From: Octopus sinensis
Lineage: Eukaryota
Assembly (NCBI RefSeq): GCF_006345805.1
Contig: NC_043011.1
Span: 4,340,001-4,404,000 of the forward strand
Direction: 5' to 3'
Length of the DNA stretch: 64,000 bases
Shown here piece by piece: positions 26,304 to 37,945 of this stretch (the first letter of the stretch is position 1; every line of letters starts with the position of its first letter). A program made the position numbers and the translations under genes. Below the pieces are notes generated by a model. It had not been told where the DNA came from, ran no database searches, and saw only the letters and a list, made by a program, of their open reading frames with translations.

Positions 26304-26887
26304 TATATATATTTTTTTCTTGCATCAAAGTTTAGAGCAGAAAATAGGGAGGTTGTGGGTGGAATGTAGGAGACGAAACAACATGCTACACTTGATGGAC
26401 TTTATTAATAGCTTTCTGAAAGACATGAAACCTCTAACACACAAAACCTTTTTACTTAACATTCACCCCCACCCTACCCCCACCCTTCTATTTCCTCTTG
26501 ATATATTCAATGTACAATGCTGCTCTTTTATGAAGTGACTTACTATGTGATTTTAGATTTTATCTGGGAAAAAAAAACAGAATAAAAAAGCATGTAATGA
26601 CCATCTGGCCATTATTTCATTGTCAGGTATCTACAGTTATCTTACAATCATCAGTGAAATGAAGCATTATTGAATTTTTTTTCTTTATTTTAGATGGGTG
26701 CGTTAGGGTTGTATAAATTTAGATAATTTGATTTCTAACTGGAAGGTACAATCAATAAACTTGTGTTGTTGTTGTTTAATCCCAGATTAACTCTGATCGT
26801 ACAGACATTTGATTGCGCTTGAGCATAAGCATGTTGTTGAAGGCTCGCATCCCTGACCGAGCAGTTTCAAGTTTTATTCTACAGTGT

Positions 26888-29800
26888 GGGACCATATGTA
26901 TGTGTCATATACATACATATGGTTAACCTGTATGGGACCATATGTATGTGTCATATACATACATATGGTTAACCTGTATGGGACCATATGTATGTGTCAT
27001 ATACATACATATGGTTAACCTGTATGGGACCATATGTATGTGTCATATACATACATATAATTAACCTGTATGAGACCATATGTATGTGTCATATACATAC
27101 ATATGGTTAACCTGTATGGGACCATATGTATGTGTCATATACATACATATGGTTAACCTGTATGGGACCATATGTATGTGTCATATACATACATATAATT
27201 AACCTGTATGGGACCATATGTATGTGTCATATACATACAATGGTTAACCTGTATGGACCATATGTATGTGTCATATACATACATATAATTAACCTGTATG
27301 GGACCATATGTATGTGTCATATACATACATATGGTTAACCTGTATGGGACCATATGTATGTGTCATATACATACATATAATTAACCTGTATGGTACCATA
27401 TGTATGTGTCATATACATACATATGGTTAACCTGTATGGGACCATATGTATGTGTCATATACATACATATGGTTAACCTGTATGGGACCATATGTATGTG
27501 TCATATACATACATATGGTTAACCTGTATGGGACCATATGTATGTGTCATATACATACATATGGTTAACCTGTATGGGACCATATGTATGTGTCATATAC
27601 ATACCTATGGTTAACCTGTATGGGACCATATGTATGTGTCATATACATACATATGGTTAACCTGTATGGGACCATATGTATGTGTCATATACATACATAT
27701 GGTTAACCTGTATGGGACCATATGTATGTGTCATATACATACATATGGTTAACCTGTATGGGACCATATGTATGTGTCATACATACATATATGGTTAACC
27801 TGTATGGACCATATGTATGTGTCATATACATACATATGGTAACCTGTATGGGACCATATGTATGTGTCATATACATACATATGGTTAACCTGTATGGGAC
27901 CATATGTATGTGTCATATACATACATATGGTTAACCTGTATGGGACCATATGTATGTGTCATATACATACATATGGTTAACCTGTATGGGACCATATGTA
28001 TGTGTCATATACATACATATGGTTAACCTGTATGGGACCATATGCATGTGTCATATACATACATATGGTTAACCTGTATGGGACCATATGCATGTGTCAT
28101 ATACATACATATGGTTAACCTGTATGGGACCATATGTATGTGTCATATACATACATATGGTTAACCTGTATGGGACCATATGTATGTGTCATATACATAC
28201 ATATGGTTAACCTGTATGGGACCATATGTATGTGTCATATACATACATATGGTTAACCTGTATGGGACCATATGTATGTGTCATATACATACATATGGTT
28301 AACCTGTATGGGACCATATGTTCGTGTCATATACAACATATGGTTAACCTGTATGGGACCTATGTATGTGTCATATACATATATATGGTTAACCTGTATG
28401 GGACCATATGTATGTGTCATATACATACATATGGTTAACCTGTATGGGACCATATGTATGTGTCATATACATACATATGGTTAACCTGTATGGGACCATA
28501 TGTATGTGTCATATACATACATATAATTAACCTGTATGGGACCATATGTATGTGTCATATACATACATATAATTAACCTGTATGGGACCATATGTATGTG
28601 TCATATACATACATATGGTTAACCTGTATGGGACCATATGTATGTGTCATATACATACATATGGTTAACCTGTATGGGACCATATGTACGTGCCATATAC
28701 ATACATATAATTAACCTGTATGGGACCATATGTATGTGTCATACATACATATGGTTAACCTGTATGGGACCATATGTATGTGTCATATACATACATATAA
28801 TTAACCTGTATGGGACCATATGTATGTGTCATATACATACATATAATTAACCTGTATGGGACCATATGTATGTGTCATATACATACATATGGTTAACCTG
28901 TATGGGACCATATGTATGTGTCATATACATACATATGGTTAACCTGTATGGGACCATATGTATGTGTCATATACATACATATGGTTAACCTGTATGGGAC
29001 CATATGTACGTGTCATATACATACATATGGTTAACCTGTATGGGACCATATGTATGTGTCATATACATACATATGGTTAACCTGTATGGGACCATATGTA
29101 TGTGTCATATAGATACATATGGTTAACCTGTATGGGACCATATGTATGTGTCATACACATACATATGGTTAACCTGTATGGGACCATATGTATGTGTCAT
29201 ATACATACATATAGTTAACCTGTATGGGACCATATGTATGTGTCATATACATACATATAATTAACCTGTATGGGACCATATGTATGTGTCATATACATAT
29301 GTGTCCTGTATGGGACCATGTGTATGTGTCATATACATACATATAGTTAACCTGTATGGGACGATATGTATGTGTCATATATATACATATAATTAACCTG
29401 TATGGGACCATATGTATGTGTCATATACATACATATGGCTAACCTGTATGGGACCATATGTATGTGTCATATACATACATATGGTTAACCTGTATGGGAC
29501 CATATGTACGTGTCATATACATACATATGGTTAACCTGTATGGGACCATATGTATGTGTCATATACATACATATGGTTAACCTGTATGGGACCATATGTA
29601 TGTGTCATATACATACATATGGTTAACCTGTATGGGACCATATGTATGTGTCATATACATACATATAGTTAACCTGTATGGGACCATATGTATGTGTCAT
29701 ATACATACATATAATTAACCTGTATGGGACCATATGTATGTGTCATATAGATATGTGTCCTGTATGGGACCATGTGTATGTGTCATATACATACATATAG

Positions 29801-30284
29801 TTAACCTGTATGGGACCATATGTATGTGTCATATACATATGTGTCCTGTATGGGACCATGTGTATGTGTCATATACATACATATAATTAACCTGTATGGG
29901 ACCATATGTATGTGTCATATACATACATATGGTTAACCTGTATGGGACCATATGTATGTGTCATATACATACATATGGTTAACCTGTATGGGACCATATG
30001 CATGTGTCATATACATACATATGGTTAACCTGTATGGGACCATATGTACGTGTCATATACATACATATGGTTAACCTGTATGGGACCATATGTATGTGTC
30101 ATATACATACATATGGTTAACCTGTATGGGACCATATGTATGTGTCATATACATACATATAGTTAACCTGTATGGGACCATATGTATGTGTCATATACAT
30201 ACACATAATTAACCTGTATGGGACCATATGTATGTGTCATATACATACTTATAGTTAACCTGTATGGGACCATATGTATGTGTC
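26888..30284. repeat. 46-bp tandem minisatellite/satellite, about 74 units
   Basis: Unit GGGACCATATGTATGTGTCATATACATACATATGGTTAACCTGTAT; each unit contains a 13-bp perfect inverted repeat. Confidence 0.98.
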
Positions 30285-30688
30285 CCAGGTTAACCTAGGG
30301 CTTGTGAATGGAAAATTTGGTAGAGAAACTGTGAAGGAGCACTTGCCATAAAATACATACATACATACATACACACACACACACTCACACACACACATGT
30401 AAGCAAACATAAATTTGTTTTTGAAGTGCTGAAATGTATTGTAGTACTAGTAGAAAGATATATTTTTTCAACGCGTAAGTACTGATAGAACAGTATATAT
30501 AGGATAAAATCCTAACAGAGGATCCTTATAATATATATGCTAGGAAAGCATCCAGTAGAGATATGTTTGTTCAGTACAATTCAGCCCTTCCACTCGGTGC
30601 CAAAATAGGATACACACATTTGTGTTTGTGTATATATATATGTAGATAGGTAAATGTGTATGTGTGCATGTATTCATACACACACATA

Positions 30689-31044
30689 TCTTTATATATA
30701 AACGAGAAGTTGTGTGTCTGTCTCCTACGATTTAGATTCCTAACTACTCCCACATTTTGCGGTGCAGTTTAACCAAAACCAGGTATCTTATAGTTGTGAT
30801 TCATATCGAACCTTTCTGAGTCTACAATTTAAAAAATAATTTACCATCATTTTTTTCCATTTTAATGCATTTTTTCGCTATTATATAAGGGAAGTAACTC
30901 TCTAAAAATGTCTACGATGAGTCAACGATTTAAAAAAAAATTTACCATCATTTTTTTTCCATTTTTAATACATTTTTTTTGCTATTTTTTGGCTATAACT
31001 CTCTAAAAATGCTTTATAGTTATTTCCCTTACAAACCCGAGCAA
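30689..31044 (+). mobile_element. Probable non-autonomous Helitron-like element, 3'-truncated
   Basis: Starts A|TCTTTATATATAAA followed by GTGTGTCTGTC; internal ~100-bp duplication; no 3' hairpin/CTAG seen. Confidence 0.45.
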
Positions 31045-31482
31045 GAGACTCTGTTCAAGCTTTTCTTATATTCCATAGTATTTACCCTTAATAATGAATT
31101 GACAATTCAAAATAAAAGTAGAAAGAAGAAAGCCAAACTGTTACTGACATTAGATATTTATATAAGCACCAAATGGAGATAAGCTCATTAACAGGATTTG
31201 AACCGTATACCTATTGCTTGCCTTGAAACCATGTCACCAATGAAGTTACAGACCTCCTACCAGTCTATTTTCTCAAATTAGATACATTTTTTTCTTCTGC
31301 TGTTTCCACTAAACATTTTTGCTTTCAGCAGGTTCATTCATCAATCTCTAAGTGTTAACAGAGATAGCTTACACTGATAATAATAGGGAAAAAAAAAATC
31401 ACTGTTTATATATATTATATTAAGACTGAATGCTTGTAATGAGAAATAAAACCTGGAATTAAATTTTAAATTTAATTAATGC

Positions 31483-31640
31483 TGGCATGGCTGCATGGTA
31501 AGAAGTTTGCTTCCCAACCACATTGTCTTGGGTTCAATACCACTGCATGGCACTTTGGGCCAATGTCTCCTCATAAAGCTCTTGGTTGATTAAAATCTTG
31601 TGAGTGAATTTGAGAAATGGAAACTGAAAGAAGTGTGTTG
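31483..31640 (+). mobile_element. 5' half of a diverged family A SINE
   Basis: TGGCTGCATGGTAAGAAGTTTGCTTCCCAACCAC..GGAAACTGAAAGAAG. Confidence 0.75.
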
Positions 31641-31685
31641 TGTATTTCCTCTGTGTTCCCTTCTTGGGATCTTTCCTTCTCCTAT

Positions 31686-31720
31686 GTTTCCGACGAAGAG
31701 CTTCGCTCGAAACGTTAAAC
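31686..31720 (+). ncRNA. Minimal hammerhead-like motif (core variant CCGACGA) in a Penelope-type terminal fragment (~31640-31830)
   Basis: GTTT-CCGACGA-a-GAGC ttc GCTC-GAAA-CGTT-AAAC: stem I GTTT/AAAC, stem II GAGC/GCTC, palindromic ACGT stem III, GUU site. Confidence 0.55.
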
Positions 31721-31859
31721 CCTCCTTCTTCCCTTCTTCCTGAGCGTCCAATAATACTATATTTGTTCCACGTCCTCGCGTTGTTGTGTTCTTTTGTTTT
31801 TTTGCGTTTTCTTGTTTGGATTAACTTTATATATATATATATTGTTATAAACCACCACC

Positions 31860-33263
31860 AGAACTAGAGAAGAAATTTCAGGCATAGAAGCAAGGTCTAA
31901 AGTCAAAGGGCCTTAGAGTTAATCCATCAAAATCAAAGTCTTAGTAAGTAGGAGAGCAGACAAATCACAAATTTCTTCGCGTAGATGGCCTTGCTCGATC
32001 TGCAGAAAAGGCATAGGTATTAACTCCATAAGATGTACTCTGTGTAAGTTATGGACATATAAGAGGTGCAGCAATATTAGAGGAATGTTAACAGGGAAAA
32101 TAGTTTTTGTGTGTGGAAGGTGCACAGGTACGATTAACACTAAAAATGTACAGAAAATAGACTCCATCAAATGCCAGAGGGGTAAACTAGAAGTAGTTGG
32201 TAGCTTCCATTACCTAGGTGACCAAATTAGTAGCAGAGGTGAATGCTCCAAGAGCATAGCTGCTAGAATAAGAATAGGCTTGGCAAAGTTCAGATAGCTA
32301 CTACCTTTGTTGATGACAAAGGGCCTTAGAGTGAAAGGCATATTGAACAATGCTTGTGTGCAAACAGCTTTGCTACATGGCAGTGAAACATGGGCTGTGA
32401 CTGCTGAAGACATGTGTAGGCTTGAAAGAAAGGAAGCTTCGCTGTATGTGTAATGTCAGTGTGCATGCACAACTAAATGTAAGCATCTTGAGAGAAAAGT
32501 TGAGCATAAAAGGCATCAGATGTGGTGCGCATGAGAGATGACTGTGCTGGTATGGTCATGTGATGTGTATGGGCATGGACAGCTGTGTGAAGAAGTACCG
32601 ATCTCTGAAGGTGGAGGGAACCTGTGGAAGAGGTAGACCCAGGAAGACATGGGATGAGGTGGTGAAGCATGACTTTTGAATGTTGAACCTCATAGAGGAA
32701 ATGACAAGTGACTGAGACCTTTGGTGATATGCTGCGCTTGAGAAGACCCACGAAGCCAAGTGAAACCACTATCATGACCTATGTCAGTGTTGCATAACTG
32801 GCACTCATGCCAGTGGCACATAAAAAGCTCCCTTTGAACACTGAGTGATATGCTGTTCTTGGGAAGACTCATCAAGCCAAGTGAAATTGTAGTCGTGGCC
32901 GATGACAGTGTCATGTAACTGGCAACTGTGCCGGTGGCACATAAAAATCACCCTTCAGACTTTGGGCATTACAGAGGCAGTGACTGAAACCTTTGACAAT
33001 ATACTGTACTTGAGAAGACCAGTGAGACCAAGCGAGATCACAGTCATGGCCGATGTTGGTGTTTGATAAGTGGCACGTAAAAAACGCCCACTTACACTCT
33101 TGGAGTGGTTGGCATTGGGATGGGCATCCAGCCGTAGAACCCATGCCATATCAGATTGGAACTTGGTGCTGCTCTCCAGCTTACCAGTTTTCAGTCAAAC
33201 CATCCAATCCATGCTAGCACGGAAGACGAATGTTAAATGATGATGATGATGATGATGATGATG
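31860..33263 (+). mobile_element. RTE-type LINE, 5'-truncated and degenerate
   Basis: GLRVN..WPCSICRKG..LEVVGSFHYLGDQIS..ARIRIG..LLHGSETWAV..RGRPRKTWDEVV; 3' UTR and (TGA)n tail at 33237-33263. Confidence 0.9.
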
Positions 33264-33276
33264 ACATATATACATA

Positions 33277-33358
<82 letters not shown>

Positions 33359-33383
33359 ATCATCATCTTTTAACATCCATTTT

Positions 33384-33429
<46 letters not shown>

Positions 33430-33454
33430 GTATATATATATATATATATATACA

Positions 33455-34635
33455 CAATGTGTTGTTCTGTGATAGAAAATTCAACAAAAAAAGTACTCCA
33501 CCTAGTGAGAGATAAATATTATTTACTTAAGGGATGCAATGCATGTGGTTAAGCGCTACTAATAGTTTCATATGTTGAGAAATATCTCAAACATATTCTG
33601 CAGGCACAAAAACCACACATCATAAGAAACTAAAGAAATTGAATAATAGAAGAACTGCAAAAAAAAACTGGGAAGACAGCATATAGAAAATGCAGAAAGC
33701 AAACAGAAGAAAGCAAAAGCACAAAAACTAAAATGTAAAAAATAAAATGTAAAAAGGTAAAAAAGCTATCCTTCTTAGACCTTAAATAATAAGGTTGGAA
33801 AGCTATCAAGTCAGTCAGGAATAGGTGGAATTTTCCAGTTCTTCAAAATATATTTATACATACGCATGCAACCACTGAAAATTTCTGACCTAGAATTCAA
33901 TAGAGAGTTTAGGAATCTTAGATCTGAAAAGGATCTGCACCCTTTCAACTAAACAAATCCTACACTTATTCAATCCATTCATATAAGGTATGGATTTCTC
34001 AATTATTTTCCATTTAATCACATGTGGTGTTTCGTTATCTTTCAAAGACCATACGTAGCTAGCCAACTTAGTAGCTTTACTTTTGTCTCTATGTCAGAAG
34101 GCGGCTATGTGATTGGCAGAGCAATTTTTAAATTCACCTTCACATAATCCAGTATAGGTCTTCTAATCAGTTGTATTATCATTTTGGGTTGCAGTAACTT
34201 CTGCCTCATATATGATAGATTTATTCATACATCATTGGTCAAGTGGATAGGATCCTGGGTCATGACAGTTGCAATTGGATTTAGGCTCTTGGTATTAACC
34301 ACTTGTAATGACACTCTTTGTATTCTGTGATAATTTCACAGAATGCCTATTATATATTTTCTTGTGTCTGTGAGTTACTGGAAAGTGTTTGTCTAGGAGA
34401 GAGTGGAATTTTTTACCTATGTTAGTTTTTATATTTAGAGAAAAGGGATGGGCGAACCAAATAATTTTCCTAGGCCTATTTTTAGGTTTCTTCTTATTAT
34501 TATTCTGATTAACATTAGAGGGGTTACGCCACTAGATCTATTATTAATATTTTGATTATTATTAGAGGGATTATATATTAATTTATGTTTGAAGCCATTG
34601 TTGGTTAGGGTTTTGTTATAATAGGGGGCAGCTTT
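33455..34635 (-). mobile_element. Penelope-like element (Neptune-type) 3' part: linker/GIY-YIG region and terminal repeat
   Basis: Degenerate AAPYYNKTL..GFKHKLIY..NIGKKFHSLLDKHFP..KKIYNRHSVKLS, typical of the PLE RT-to-endonuclease linker; hammerhead-like motif downstream on the same strand. Confidence 0.75.
33553..33607 (-). ncRNA. Minimal hammerhead-like motif (core variant CTGCAGA)
   Basis: Minus: GTGC-CTGCAGA-ATATGTT(T)GAG atattt CTCAACATAT-GAAA-CTA t TAG-TA-GCGC; stems I, II and III all pair; GUA site; A6C core change. Confidence 0.65.
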
Positions 34636-34639
34636 CTCT

Positions 34640-34830
34640 GTGTGTGTGTGTGTATTTATGTATGTGTGTCTTTGTGTTTGTGTTTTATCTCCAACTGTGA
34701 CTTGCCCAGTCAATGCTGGTTTATTTGTATCTCCATAACTTGGTTTGGCAAAAGAGACTGATAAAATAAGTACCGTTTGAGGTGGTGCTCCAGTATGACC
34801 ACAGTACAATGACTGAAACAAGTAAAAGAA
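34640..34830 (+). mobile_element. 3' half of a diverged family A SINE
   Basis: (TG)n then GGCAAAAGAGACTGATA..GGTGCTCCAG..GACTGAAACAAGTAAAAGA. Confidence 0.75.
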
Positions 34831-35039
34831 AAATATATCAGGTTGGTCCAAATAAAAAAAGTTGATAGCTTTTAACCATCAACTTTAAAACAATAAATCT
34901 CAGCTCAATATAAATTTTACTTATTGAAATAATATTTAAAATCTGTACATTTTTTCCAACATGGTACATATCTATTTATTCCAGTAACAGGGTTTTGGAG
35001 TTGTTCTTTAAAGTATTTTTAACTGATGCTTACACTAAT

Positions 35040-35211
35040 AGGCGCAGGAGTGGCTGTGTGGTAAGTGGCTTGCTTACCAACCACATGGTTCCGGGTTCAA
35101 TCCCACTGCGTGGCATCTTGGGCAAATGTCTTCTGCTATAGCCCCGGGCCGACCAATGCCTTGTGAGTGGATTTGGTAGACGGAAACTGAAAGAAGCCTG
35201 TGGTATATATG

Positions 35212-35246
<35 letters not shown>

Positions 35247-35446
35247 GTTTGTGTGTCTGTGTTTGTCCCCGATGCTGGTGTGTTTACGTCCCTGTCACTT
35301 AGCGGTTCGGCAAAAGAGACCGATAGAATAAGTACTGGGCTTACAAAAGAATAAGTCCCGGGGTCGAGTTGCTCGACTGGGGGCGGTGCTCCAGCATGGC
35401 CGCAGTCAGATGACTGAAACAAGTAAAAGAGTAAAAGAAAGAGAGT
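35040..35446 (+). mobile_element. SINE family A
   Basis: Homology; ~18-bp internal deletion at 35270. Confidence 0.92.
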
Positions 35447-35760
35447 AATAATAAAAGATATATTAAAGAAATCACTGTAAACGTCCATCATATTTTGGAT
35501 AAATGCTTGTAATGAGAAATAAACCTTTGGATAAAATTTTAAATCAAATGAATGCAGGTGTGGCTGCATGCTAAGAAGTCTGCATCCCAACTACATGGTG
35601 TTAGGTTGTTCAAGCCGTTTTGTAGAAATCTATCTATAGGCTCAAAGATAGTGGTAGTCAGTAGGAAAGAGGTCTGGTGACTAAGTTGGATGAGGAAGAG
35701 TTTTTTTTTGTAGCCCAGTTCTCTCAATTTCTGTAGTCATTTGTGTAGTATGTAGACGGG

Positions 35761-36085
35761 TGAGGGCGCGTGGCTTAGTGGTTTGGGCATTCAGCTCATG
35801 ATCGTAAGGTTGTGAGTTCGATTCCCGGCGACGCGTTGTGTCCTTGAGCAAGACACTTTATTTCATGTTCCTCCAGTCTACTCAGCTGGCAAAAATGAGT
35901 TGTACCTGTATTTCAAAAGGGCCAGCCTTGTCACACTGTGTGTCATGCTGAATCTCCTTGCAAACTACGTTAAGGGTACGCATGTCTGTGGAGTACTCAG
36001 CCACTTGCACGTTAATTTCACGAGCAAGCTGTTCTGTTGATCATATCAGCTGGGACTCTCGTCGTCGTAACTGGCGGAGTGCTCC
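35761..36085 (+). mobile_element. SINE family D
   Basis: Near-identical to 24765-25091; TSD TATGTAGAC at 35749-35757 and 36088-36096. Confidence 0.9.
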
Positions 36086-36627
36086 TATATGTAGACAGGG
36101 ATTGCAATAAAAAGAATTGATCCTTTTCACCAGATCAGTTCCGAATGTAAACTGTTGCTGTTCTTGGTGCATTTCAATTATTATACTTGGCAATACTCCT
36201 TCTTCTATTATGATGGTTTCATTGGGATTCCAGAAATAGCAGTGGATGATTCCACTTATCAACCAACAAGACTGACTGTAGCCTTTTAATGTAGTTCTTT
36301 CTGGTTCTTCACCTTGATTGAGCTACTGCTTGGAATGCCACTGGTTGTCATAAAGAATTTATTTTTGATCTTACAATGCAATCAAGAAATACATATTTTT
36401 TAATGGGCTGAAGAAATGCTGAGCAAACTTCATAGCAGTTATTTTTGTATACATTTACTTGGTTTAATTGTTTTTGATTGTCCAGTGTGGTGCGGCTGTA
36501 GAATGACCAATGTTTTATTTTGCATGGGTCCACTTAAATCATGGTCCTCTGTAGGTTATTGCAGAAACTAATGCACAAGCTTCCTCAAGTCTCTTCTCAC
36601 TAAACATATGAATTGTTTTTAATCAAT

Positions 36628-37030
36628 GGCGTAGGAGTGGCTGTGTGGTAAGTAGCTTGCTTATGAACCACATGGTTCCGGGTTCAGTCCTACTGCGTAT
36701 CACCTTGGGCAAGTGTCTTCTACTATAGCCTCGGGCCGACCAAAGCCTTGTGAGTGGATTTGGTAGACGGAAACTGAAAGAAGCCCATCATATATATATG
36801 TATGTATGTGTGTGTATATGTTTGTGTGTTTGTTTGTCCCCCCAACATCACTTGACAACTGATGCTGGTGTGTTTACGTCCCTGTAACTTAGCAGTTTGG
36901 CAAAAGATACCAATAGAATAAGTACTAGGCTTACAAAGAATAAGTCCTGGGGTCGATTTTGCTCGACTAAAGGCGGTGCTCCAGCATGGCCACGGTCACA
37001 TGACTGAAACAAGTAAAAGAGTAAAAGAGA
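36628..37030 (+). mobile_element. SINE family A
   Basis: Homology to the other copies. Confidence 0.92.
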
Positions 37031-37196
37031 ATGTTTAGCTAAACATTTATTGAGATTCTCCTCATCTAAACGCTTGGTTGGTATTGAGTGCATTCCCAGT
37101 TTTGTGTTCTGTTTTGAACTCCTGCAACATTTGAATCATTTGAATTTACTTTTGTTTTTAATCTGACAGCATAAATTTAAAAATAAAATAAACAGT

Positions 37197-37282
37197 GTCC
37201 CGGGGTCAAGTTGCTCGATTAAAGGCGGTGCTCCAGCATGGCCGCAGTCAAATGACTGAAACAAGTAAAAGAGTAAAGAGTA
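37197..37282 (+). mobile_element. SINE family A, 3' fragment
   Basis: GTCCCGGGGTC..GACTGAAACAAGTAAAAGAG only. Confidence 0.8.
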
Positions 37283-37412
37283 ATGTAAGTAGAGTCATTA
37301 GCATAAGTCAGTAGACCAAAATTTCCATCTCAAAATTTTATGTTACTTGAATATAGTTAAATGGAAGTTTATTCCAAGAGGGAATTAACATTTAAAACTA
37401 CAAAAAAAAAAA

Positions 37413-37812
37413 TGGAGGAGTGGCTGTGTGGTAAGTAGCTTGCTTACCAACCACATGGTTCCGGGTTCAGTCCCACTGCGTGGCATCTTGGGCAAGTGTC
37501 TTCTACTATAGCCTCGGGCCGACCAAAGCCTTGTGAGTGGATTTGGTAGACGGTAACTGAAAGAAGCCTGTCGTATATATATGTATATATATATATATAT
37601 ATGTGCATGTGTGTTTGTCCCCCTAGCATTGCTTGTCAACCAATGCTGGTGTGTTTATGTCCCCGTCACTTAGTGGTTCGGCAAAACAGACTGATAGAAT
37701 AAGTACTGGGCTTACAAAGAATAAGTCCCGGGGTCGAGTTGCTCGATTAAAGGTGGTGCTCCAACATGGCCACAGTCAAATGACTGAAACAAGTAAAAGA
37801 GTAAAAGAGAGA
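37413..37812 (+). mobile_element. SINE family A
   Basis: Homology; ends ~130 bp upstream of the third exon. Confidence 0.92.
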
Positions 37813-37945
37813 GCAATTACTTTGGCACCAAATTAATATTGCGATAATTCTTGTTTGATTTTTTTGCTTGTCTCTTTGTTTTCTCTCTTCTGAGAAGAAA
37901 TATGTTTTTCTTCACTGATTGTTCTCATCCTTTTTTTCTTAAAAG

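Noticed and set aside
26888-30284. CRISPR-like array of palindromic repeats
   Set aside because: The linkers are identical rather than unique spacers, there are no cas genes, and the context is a eukaryotic intron; it is a tandem satellite.
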